Below, in pieces: positions 47,872 through 57,063 of a stretch of 64,000 nt of DNA; the first letter of the stretch is position 1; the number at the start of each line of letters is the position of its first letter. Origin of the DNA: Tetramitus jugosus (lineage: Eukaryota > Protista > Heterolobosea); assembly GCA_937625935.1 (NCBI GenBank), contig OW569368.1, positions 372,001 to 436,000 of the forward strand. The letters run 5' to 3'. A model generated the notes under the pieces. That model was not told where the DNA came from. It worked only from the letters and a program-made list of their open reading frames with translations, and made no database searches. Made by a program: the position numbers and the translations under genes.

Positions 47872-48851
47872 AAAAAACGCCGATGAAAAAACGAACACAC
47901 ACCCCTGTTGTTCGTGAGTATGAGAATCCACGCTATGCTGTGTGGACCACAGCACCAAGAGGAACTGCACCAAGCAGCAAGGAGGTCATCATCACTGGAA
48001 AGTGCGATGACTCTCCCAAAGCTGCCTTGGCCAAGAAGATTGGCTTGGAGTTTGGTGATTTGCTCACCAGGGTCCAAGTCATCAAGAAGGCCCCAAGAGG
48101 TTTGTTGCGTGGGTAACTGTTGTTGATGACAACATTTACCCATTTGTTGAAACCTTCAACCGCAACAAGAAGATGAGTGGCTGCAAGGCAGCACTCAAGC
48201 ACAACGTCGATTGTGCCAAGAAGGTCGTCCTCCAAGGTGTCAAAGGTAAGACGGAGGACGATATCAAGGCCATGCTCGGCACAACAAATGTCAAGAATGT
48301 GCTCAAGAAGCACAACACTGCCTTTGTTGTGATGGAGACTGAAACGTACGCCGAAGCTTTGCTTCGGAACGTTCAAGCCATGCCAGTGGAGGTGGAAGCA
48401 AAGCGCTTCCTTCCACGCCCACGTGACCCTGTCAAGGCAGTCAGCAAGAGGCTGACCAAGATGTACCAAGAACTCCTGGCTGTGGTGGACTACCTGCGCC
48501 ACCAATGTATCAAGAGCTGTGGTGGACTACCTGCGCCACCAATTCAGTGTGTTAAAAGAAATGGCTTCCGTCAACCGGATTCCCTTCGCGTCCCCTTCTC
48601 CAAGGACACCGGAACCGAATCTCCGAATTCGAATCTTCGACTCCGTCTACGACCGATGACTGGGAGACGATCAAGCCAGAGTACCACCCCGCCACTACGG
48701 TCACCCAAGAGCCAACCACCAACACCATGGATGCTCGTAACAGAGCAATCCTCGAGCTAGTATTGAACACCAGTGTCATCTATTCCAGAATTACCATCGC
48801 AAACTACTTCACCAAGACCCTTTTCATTATCACCTTTTTTTTTAATAAAAA
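47872..48851 (+). mobile_element. Putative tRNA-upstream non-autonomous retroelement, copy A (ORF1-like 2xRRM plus coiled coil, frameshifted)
   Basis: Starts 56 bp upstream of tRNA-Thr. The first 144 bp recur upstream of tRNA-Lys. GC-richer than the flanks; ends at T9-AATAAAAA. No RT is visible and the 3' boundary is approximate. Confidence 0.6.
48479..48543 (+). repeat. 28-bp direct repeat inside element copy A
   Basis: GCTGTGGTGGACTACCTGCGCCACCAAT at 48479-48506 and 48516-48543. Confidence 0.95.
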
Positions 48852-49299
48852 TGTCATAGCAATCAAACAATCTGAACAAAAATCTTTTCATCTTGTGGTG
48901 AATGTCACAACAACGAGTTCACATTGAGCAAACTTTCAACCGTTTTTGATGATTGTTCCAAGAACATCGAGTTCTCGTTGTAACTGTGACATCTGAACCC
49001 TCAATGATTGAAGCTCAGATGACATTGAACTCAACCCTATTCTTCAAAATGATTGCATTTTTTCGGACAATCGTGATTTTATTTACCCGGGTAAATGGAT
49101 AGATTAAACTGAAATAACCTATGGAAATACAAGAAGAATCTCTATAGGAACGACTTTTTATCAGAAATATTGAGAATTTCGTATATTTAGATAGACATTA
49201 TAATACGAAAAACGCAAAGATCATTATGGATGAATCTGGAATGAGGATGGAGATCGGAATAATCAAACCGTAGCAGACTGAAGGCAAGCAAAAGGATAT

Positions 49300-49372
49300 C
49301 GCCCACCGAGGGGCTCGAACCCTCGACCACAAGGTTAAGAGCCTTGCGCTCTACCGACTGAGCTAGACGGGC
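49300..49372 (-). tRNA. tRNA-Lys(CTT)
   Basis: GCCCGTCTAGCTCAGTCGGTAGAGCG, anticodon arm CAAGG-CTCTTAA-CCTTG, GGTTCGAG; 73 nt. Confidence 0.96.
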
Positions 49373-49600
49373 TTGGACATTCATATAAACCCATAAATTG
49401 TCCGAATTAGTATTAAGAAAAAACGCCGATGAAAAAACGAACACACACCCCTGTTGTTCGTGAGTATGAGAATCCACGCTTTGCTGTGTGGACCACAGCA
49501 CCAAGAGGTACTGCTCCAAGCAGCAAGGAGGTCATCAATGGAAAGTGCGATGACTCTCGGGCTTGGATATTCAAGAAATCATATAAATTGTCCGAATTAG
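49368..49600 (+). repeat. 43-bp imperfect direct repeat (49368-49410 and 49558-49600) flanking element copy B
   Basis: 36/43 identical without gaps: CGGGCTTGGAyATTCA...ATAAATTGTCCGAATTAG. Confidence 0.9.
49418..49558 (+). mobile_element. tRNA-upstream element, copy B (141-bp 5' fragment)
   Basis: Near-identical to 47872-48015; starts 45 bp upstream of tRNA-Lys in the same relative orientation. Confidence 0.7.
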
Positions 49601-49799
49601 GAAAAACTGAAATCTCCGTTGTCGCGGCCCGAAGGTATTAGCAATGAGGTGCTGAAACTGCCGAAGGGGGAAAACAGAGACTACAACTGGGAACTTGCTG
49701 ATATTTTAGTAGGTCTTTAACAACATGAAACGTGGATCATTTCCTGCCTACAAGAAAGAGTCTTGTGCGGAGTGAATTATATACAGGCCTCTCTGTTGA

Positions 49800-51340
49800 G
49801 TGCATTGTCAAAACTTTTCACATGGCTGCTCACCGTTCGTGTGTCGAAAGCTGCAGAGGCTGCATCGCTGTTCACAAACACACAGGGACATCAGAGAAAA
49901 CAGGAATGATGATCAATTAATTGTACATCCTTGTTTTAACTGTAAGTCCTTAAAGAGGATATTAAGAGCGCTGGGACTTAAGCACCAAGAGTATCGCAAC
50001 CCTCATCGATGGATCGATGACATGAATGAGGAAGAATGATGGGGATGAGGTAAGCATCTCTTTTCATAACTATAGCGAATCCTCGATGGGTGATCCGAGG
50101 CATACTAGTTTGCGTAACTGGATTAGGAACAAACGAGATTTGCATGTCCATGGTGAGCGAATCAACTTTATAATATGTAATCTACATTGCAAACAAGCTA
50201 TTACCCGAAAGTTATTGCTTCTATCCAGTAGAGGGGATCGAGAGCTTATGGATATCATTGAAAAAGAAATCGATAAGTTAAAAGGACTTAAAGGCTTCCA
50301 TTTTGTGACTAAAGAAGGTTCTAGTTCGGTTGACATTGACGATGAGCAGGAGGTGGTTGATAATGGAAGTTACCGATGTCCTCCACTAACAGGAGAACAG
50401 TGTACAATGATATTGAAGAGCACTAGTACTATTTTTAATGATGATCGGTACTTTGACCGATTATTGTCGAATATATGGTTACTGGGCTACCATATGCTTC
50501 GGTTATCTGGAGGGAACAACAGAGCACTTATCCAAGAGACCTGGTGAGTCTTTAGAAACATTACTGAAGAAATTAGGACAATGTATTTCTCAAAGATGGC
50601 CCCAACAAGGAGTAGGATGGTATCTTCATATTCTAATCCACCATTTACCAATGTTGATAGAAGAGTACAAGAGTTTATGTCCTTTCAGTACTCAAGCTTT
50701 GGAGTCTCATCATCAACTGATGAACAACTGCTATACTAGAGGAACAAATCATGAAGGAGGTCGATCAGGTCACGATATACTTACTCAACTATTCGGGTTT
50801 TCACTCAGACAGCTGTGGGTGGTCTTAAACAATGTCAATTTATGTTGGAATCTCCCTAGACAGAGACGTAAGAGATGCGATAGCATCGACAGTAGTCAAA
50901 GATCGGACCAATTGTACCAATCGATCGTACAGATGGAGGAATTTCAGGCCTTTCAAGAAGAAGAAGGAACTTTAGACAATTATTGTCCACCATCTATTGA
51001 TGAACAGGTAATGCCTGAGCAAATAACTCTGGGTGAGGAGAGTTCTGAAACAAGTCAGATTGAAGAAAGTTCAAATATGTTGATCGAGGAAGATATTTTC
51101 ATTAGCAGTGAATTATCGCAAGAAGAAGAACAACATGAAGGCTTAGCATTGAGCAATGAAGCAAATTACTCACAAAATAATGAATCACTCGAAGATGTAA
51201 ACGAAGAAGATGAATTGGAAAGTTTATTTGTATATGATTCATCGTTTAATACACCAGCAATGATGAGTTTAGCTAGATTATGGGAACTAGCTGAAGATGA
51301 GAAGACTAGACAACATGCATATCGATACAAGCCTTACTGA
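49800..51340 (+). pseudogene. Frameshifted DDE transposase, RAG1/Transib/Chapaev-like
   Basis: Three fragments in successive frames carry FNCKSLKRIL..LGL, ICNLHCKQAI, LTGEQC.MIL and YLHILIHHLP..I.EYKSL..FSTQALESHH in RAG1-core order. Acidic tail; no TIRs found. Confidence 0.7.
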
Positions 51341-51622
51341 TCTTATAAGCCCCACCATCTCATGTTTCCGTCCAGAAATTGAGTTCTTTGAGTCCAATTA
51401 CAGAAAACCCTATTGTCCTCGCTGTTTATTATGATGGCAATTCTTGTATAAAAGCATCTAAAAAGAGTTTTTCCTCTTATAAAATATCTATGCTTCCAAA
51501 TGGTATCGAAAATGTAATTTTTGAACATAACTTTTCTTCTTATACCATTGGAAATAGCCTTCCTATGAGATGTTCTTTCTTTAAAGTGGCCTTGGTGTTG
51601 TACAATTTGTTTCAAAATCCTC

Positions 51623-52350
51623 ATGGGACAAGAACCAAGTACCATGTTTCTTGACCGATTAATGTTTTCTTCGTCATCAACTCCTTCATCGAGTTCCTAC
51701 TCATCTGAAGCATTTCGGAACGCTCAGTATAATCGAAAGTATCACGGAAGCGATCAATTCTGGAGTCAACAATATCAAAATAATAACCACAGTAACTACA
51801 CGAGCAAGACTTCTTACTATTACAATGATGGTTCTGACAAAAGTAATCAAAATCCTGAATACGAAGAGTATAGCAACCCTCGTTCTCAAATGAAGAATTT
51901 TAAAGAAAAGGTATGTATTTTTGGAAGGTGATTAGCACTACTTGAATCGTTTTGATGACTGACGATTGTTTTGAAATAATGTGTCAGATGGCCAATGGAA
52001 TTATTTGGAGGCATGTACTATTATTTGCACTGTGTGCATTCTATGTCAAAAAGTTTATCTTTAGGGAGACTGGTGACAAAACGGATGACATTGTTGCAGA
52101 GAAGAACCCTGGTTACTTGTCGTACAAGAAACCCGCAAAGCTACCATCCAGAGTGACAACAAACAGAGAAGAATTTCTTGAAAACAGAAAGAAGATGAAA
52201 TCTTACCAACTGTGCAAGCACAGCGACCTAAACCATGCGTCCTGGAACATCAACCAAATTTCTCCATGCATTGTTGCATCTCTCTTCACAACATTGATAT
52301 ATACCTTGATTGAGTCGACGACTCCCTCTGCAAGATCCTTTAAGATTTAG
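51623..52350 (+). CDS. Small single-TM protein, possibly a truncated gene (intron 51911-51987)
   Basis: A GTATGT...CAG intron joins two ORFs in phase 0; one hydrophobic segment IIWRHVLLFALCAFYV; no family recognised. Confidence 0.4.
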
Positions 52351-52563
52351 TTTCTCCTGTGTTGCGTTCCAGAGATATAATGGTCGAAGATAATGGTTGT
52401 CCCTTCATCAAGAAGATCTTTTTGGAGCTCCGATCGGACTCTCACTTCCTTTCAAATTTCACACATTCTCCAGCAACTACCCAAACCACGGCAGTCCGTT
52501 TTCTCTCATTTGTTAAGAACCAAAGTCACACCACCAAACAACCAACAAAACCAACCCAACACA

Positions 52564-53615
52564 ATGAGTCAACAATTGAGTTATCATTGGTGGCCAACGT
52601 TGGCCTCGACCCTATTCTGAACACGTACGAACAGACATTTTTGTTCGATGCAAGTGAACCCAACGTGCTGCACAAGTACACTCATATTATGCCCTTCACA
52701 ACAGTCATTTGCTATTTGGTCATTGTCTTTTCATTGCCAAAGATCCTAATGTTGCTATCCACCACAAATAAGAAGAACAGAAGCAGCACACACATGAATG
52801 AAGAAGAAGAAGAACAAAAGAAGAAGCAAAAGAATTCATTGACAATGTTAAAGTTGATCATGGCAGCTTGGAATTTGACACTGTCCGTTGGTTCTGCCAT
52901 CATGTTTTTGGGTATTACGATTCCTTATGCGAACAGAGTGGCAAAGTACGGTTTTTTGAATTCAATGTGTGACTCAATGGGAGTGTTCTATCGTCCATCA
53001 GCAATGATCTTTTGGGCTCATTACTTTGTGTTGTCAAAGTATGCTGAGCTGTTGGACACTGTGTTGTTGATTGTGAAGAATCCTGAGAGACCAGTGCCAT
53101 TCCTGCACTATTATCATCATTCTACCGTCTTGTTGTTTAGTTGGTATGCAGAGGAGTATCACTTCTCTGTTGGTTTCTGGTTCTGTATGATCAATGCTCT
53201 CATCCATTCATTCATGTACTTTTATTATTTTTTGACCGTAAGTAGTTCGTACTATAGTTACGCAAACAAACACATCTTTTGTTGTTCTGTCTAACATTTG
53301 GGTGATTTTGGAATCATTGACTTTGAATTCTTCTTTTGTTTCAACTTCATTCGATGTGTTAGGAATTGGGGTATAGAAATGTTAACCATGGGACAAATTG
53401 CTCAAATGGTAGCCGGTATTGTTCTCACTTCCCTCTGGTTCAGAGAGTACTTGAAGACAAAGTCATGTGACTGTACTCGACCAATCGAGATGATTGTTGC
53501 CTGTATTTTGATGTATGGAAGCTATTTGTTCCTATTTGTTCGCTTCTTCATCTTGAGATACAGACAAAAGACAAGTTCGAGAGCTCCAACACCAAAAGGT
53601 GGAAAGGAGCAATAG
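52564..53615 (+). pseudogene. ELO/GNS1 fatty-acid elongase with two apparent frameshifts (pseudogene or assembly indels; intron 53238-53362)
   Basis: SKYAELLDT, FLHYYHH, N.LIHSFMYFYY, TMGQIAQM and YLFLF..FF. ATG 52564 is out of frame with the body, and ELGYR after the intron is out of frame with MLTMGQI. Confidence 0.75.
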
Positions 53616-53926
53616 AAAAACCACGGTATTCCCATATAAGTATACTTATGACCTCATTGTGAGTCTTTGTGTGCATGCGTGCAATTCAAACAATCCCTTA
53701 CTGTAAAAGAAATCCAAAAAAACATGACATTCACTTTATACCTTTCGATGCTGTCTCTTGGAGGAGATATTGGATTACGCCTCTCCACACAAAGAACTGA
53801 TGTTCTGATCAAGGCGAAAAGCTCATTAAAATTAGGTATTTCGCCCTATTCCCATTCTTGATCTCTGAGTCGCTGTAATTCAATTCCATCACGAACCAGA
53901 AAACAACAACACACGTTCTGAAAAAA

Positions 53927-54742
53927 ATGAAAACAAGTACTTTGGTCTCCACTGCCTCCTGTCTCATCAACTGTGTGTTGGCACTGTACTTTGACTTTCA
54001 TGTGTTTTTCAATCCAAATGACAAAACTTTTGTGAGAGACTCCCATGTCAAGCTGTACACTGTTTTCAAGTCATTGGCTGCCTTTAGCTTTTTGTACCTC
54101 TGCCTCCACAATTATCGCCAGAGTGTGCACAAGACGATGGCAAAACTGATTTTGTTGGGCCAGTTTTTGTCTGTGATTGGTGACATCATGTTAGCTCTCA
54201 GCTATTTCCAAGAAGTGTACTTTTTGATTGGTGGTGCGAGCTTCCTGTTTGCTCACGTAGCTTACATGAGTGCATTCGTGTCCAATATTCTTCTGTCTCT
54301 CAAGAAGGGCCGCGAGAAGGAGAATCAGTCAGGCTCCAATTTACAGTGGATTCGCTACTCGTTCTCGTTTATTTCAGTTGCGTCGTACTTTATTGGATTT
54401 TGCTATGTGATTCCTTCTATCAAGCCAGAATTGACAAGTTTGAGAACATTGGCCATTGCCTATACAATTATGATTACAATCATGGTTGGTTTAAGTCCAG
54501 CAGGTGAGAACTTGTTTGTTCCTGCGGTTGCAGCTCCAACGACAAACGACAACAAGAAGCAAGCACCAAAGCAAGTGTTGAACAAAAAGTTTGTTTACCG
54601 TGTGGTAGGCAGTTTCTTCTTCTATCTTTCTGACATTTGTGTAGCCAGAAACAAGTTTATTGGAGAGGACTTTATGATTAACAAGGCCGTTGGTCTTCCT
54701 CTGTACTTTGTCGCACAACTGATCATTGCTTCCTCTCTGTAG
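53927..54742 (+). CDS. YhhN/TMEM86 family membrane protein (lysoplasmalogenase-like)
   Basis: FKSL, S.IGDI.L, F.IG..SFL.AH..Y, G..FFY.SD and Y..AQ.II motifs; about 8 TM. Confidence 0.85.
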   Translation: MKTSTLVSTASCLINCVLALYFDFHVFFNPNDKTFVRDSHVKLYTVFKSLAAFSFLYLCLHNYRQSVHKTMAKLILLGQFLSVIGDIMLALSYFQEVYFLIGGASFLFAHVAYMSAFVSNILLSLKKGREKENQSGSNLQWIRYSFSFISVASYFIGFCYVIPSIKPELTSLRTLAIAYTIMITIMVGLSPAGENLFVPAVAAPTTNDNKKQAPKQVLNKKFVYRVVGSFFFYLSDICVARNKFIGEDFMINKAVGLPLYFVAQLIIASSL

Positions 54743-55024
54743 AATCTCTCTCATCGGTGGTCGGACAACACTTCACATAAATGGCTAACAAACCTCCTCC
54801 TACTATCCATCTCCTAAATGAAGCAATTGTCAACTTGCACTCAAAAGCATCCAGATAAGGAGTCACACTCATGAAACCTTTGTATTCTTCAACGAATCAA
54901 AAATCAAAATAGTTTCGCCGCGAACAGAAGCTTCAACCAGACACGAACGGAGTAAACACAAAGATTCAAACAACGAACAAGCAAACAAGTGACGAACAGC
55001 CAACCAACCAGATATAACACAAGC

Positions 55025-55783
55025 ATGCAAACAAAGTTTTTCTCAGTCAAGAGACTGGCACAGTTTTATGCCCACCATATTGCTAACAATCCACTGAAAA
55101 CACAGTCGGCAACTGCTGGTACATTGTTTCTCATTGGTGACTTGATGTGTCAAACGATAGAGTACAATACATCTACGACGTCGATAAAGAAGGAAACTGG
55201 TTTCGAGTTGGATTGGATGAGAACTGCAAAGATGGCTTCGTTTGGTTACTTGTTTGGTCCCGCGTCATATTTTTGGTATCGTTTACTGGATAAGAAGGTT
55301 GTGTTCAAGTCAGCGGCCAAAGTTGCCGCGACCGCCGCTCCGCTCGCAAGTAAAGTGAGACCCAATGTGAAAACAGTCGTATCAAAAGTCGTGATTGATG
55401 AAATGTTATTTTCTCCGGCGTGTATTGTAAGCTTGTTTGGTTTTGTAACGTTGTTGAATGGCGGTGGATTTGGCGATATTAGCAATAAGCTAAAGAATGA
55501 TTTTGGGAGGACGTTTGTGAGCGACATGTGTGTTTGGGTTCCCGCCCAAACTGTAAACTTTTATTTTGTTCCGACGTTGTATCGGGTGTTATTCGTGAGT
55601 TTTATCAGTGTGTTTTGGAATTGTTATTTGAGTTTTATGACGAATCGTGTCACGAGTGAGGAGACCATCAGTGGTGAAGAACAAAAGACAATAGGGGAAG
55701 TGGGTATAGAGAAGATTAAGTTTAAAGAACTAGGGAAGGAAACAAATGTAGTGAAGAAATTAGAGCTTTCGACTGAACAGTAG
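55025..55783 (+). CDS. Mpv17/PMP22 family membrane protein
   Basis: PLKT, GDLMCQ, DW.RT, P..YFWY..LD, KV.ID, WVPAQ.VNF.FVP..YR and WNCYLS. Confidence 0.9.
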   Translation: MQTKFFSVKRLAQFYAHHIANNPLKTQSATAGTLFLIGDLMCQTIEYNTSTTSIKKETGFELDWMRTAKMASFGYLFGPASYFWYRLLDKKVVFKSAAKVAATAAPLASKVRPNVKTVVSKVVIDEMLFSPACIVSLFGFVTLLNGGGFGDISNKLKNDFGRTFVSDMCVWVPAQTVNFYFVPTLYRVLFVSFISVFWNCYLSFMTNRVTSEETISGEEQKTIGEVGIEKIKFKELGKETNVVKKLELSTEQ

Positions 55784-55902
55784 TAAATGAACTGTTGAAT
55801 TGTTGAATCACACATGTGTGAATGTTTGTTTGTTGTTCGATTGTTGTGTAGTTTTTATTTACAAATGGGTGTTTGAGTGAATGCCTTCACCAAAGGGTCT
55901 AT

Positions 55903-56724
55903 TTACAAGCCCAAGTTCATATTTTGCATTTGGGACACTGGCACAGAAGTGTAAGTGCTAGTTGTTGTTGTACCCATCATTGGAGCAGTAGTCATCATTG
56001 TTGGGTTAGCGGTCATCATTGTAGGTGCCGGATTCAGTGGTTGCTGTTGAATGATGGTAGTTGCTGGATGGATTGGTCCCAACTTGTCATGCTTCAAATC
56101 GTGCATGAGCTTGGCGTTTTCCATTCTACCTCCCACTCCAGCACTGCCAGTGTTGAATGCGGCAGCTTCTCTCTTTTCTCTCTTCTTCCAAGCTCTCTTT
56201 TCCTTTCTTGTCAACTTTGGACCTTTGGTGCTATCAAAGGCTGGTGTGGCTCCGGTTTGACCAACGACGACAGGCATGGAATAAAATGTTTCATGCAAAG
56301 TTTTTTCAACCTCAATAGAAGTTCCTGTCAGACCAGTACCAGTAGTGGCAGCAGTAGTGGCTCCAGTGGTGGCTCCAGTGGTTGCGATTCCCTTCTTGTT
56401 CTTGTTCTTTTTCAATTTCTTTGCTTGTCTTCTACTCTTCCACTTTCCCATCACTCCATGAGCAGGAGCAGCAGTCGTGGTTGTTGTTGGCGCGACACCA
56501 GTTGTTGTTGGTGCTACACCAGTTGTAGGTGGAACACCCATGCCAGTTGCTGTTGAAGCCATCATGGGTTGTTGAACAGGAAGGGTAGTTGTGGACAATC
56601 TAGGATCCACTCCCTTAACGATACCTGCGTCACTATAGGTGCCGTAGGAAGCGTTAAGTCCTTGCTCTGTGACTGGATATTGTTGGAATTGAGTTGTGGT
56701 TGGGTTCAAATTTGTTTCGACCAT
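55903..56724 (-). CDS. Low-complexity T/G/P/M-rich hydrophilic protein
   Basis: 273-aa ORF after a CAAA-rich leader; TTGV(A/P)P and TTGA repeats; two Lys-rich segments. Confidence 0.7.
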   Translation of the reverse strand: MVETNLNPTTTQFQQYPVTEQGLNASYGTYSDAGIVKGVDPRLSTTTLPVQQPMMASTATGMGVPPTTGVAPTTTGVAPTTTTTAAPAHGVMGKWKSRRQAKKLKKNKNKKGIATTGATTGATTAATTGTGLTGTSIEVEKTLHETFYSMPVVVGQTGATPAFDSTKGPKLTRKEKRAWKKREKREAAAFNTGSAGVGGRMENAKLMHDLKHDKLGPIHPATTIIQQQPLNPAPTMMTANPTMMTTAPMMGTTTTSTYTSVPVSQMQNMNLGL

Positions 56725-57063
56725 TGTTTGCTATTTTGTTTGAAGGTGCAGATGAGTGTATTTCGTTGGTTTGTTGTCTTTCAAATGTCCCAGAGAGGGA
56801 AGTGAAATACTTTTAAATGCCTAGATCCAATGTATTTTCATCCTCCTTATCAGTGTGGATGTCTATTTCGATACCCGTCGTGTTTCTCCGAATCACCGAA
56901 TCCTATAAAATTGTGGCGGGTTGACCTTGACTAAAAAAATGCAGGTGGAAAACAAGGAACAAAAACGGTAATCTTTACAAATGTGCAAGGTTGACCCGCA
57001 TGTTCAAAGATTTCATGGATTGAGACTATTTATTATTATTATTTACACTACAACACTAACAGT

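Noticed and set aside
49081-49096. Perfect 16-bp palindrome ATTTACCCGGGTAAAT
   Set aside because: About one such palindrome is expected by chance in 64 kb, and there is no second copy or associated feature.
49187-49519. 110-aa minus-strand ORF
   Set aside because: It reads through the tRNA-Lys gene and the antisense strand of the element, so it is spurious.
46996-52034. CACTGTG (RSS heptamer complement) at 46996, 47616 and 52028 near the RAG1-like ORF
   Set aside because: All have the same orientation, with no nonamer at 12/23 spacing and no inverted partner bracketing the transposase; a few 7-mers are expected by chance.
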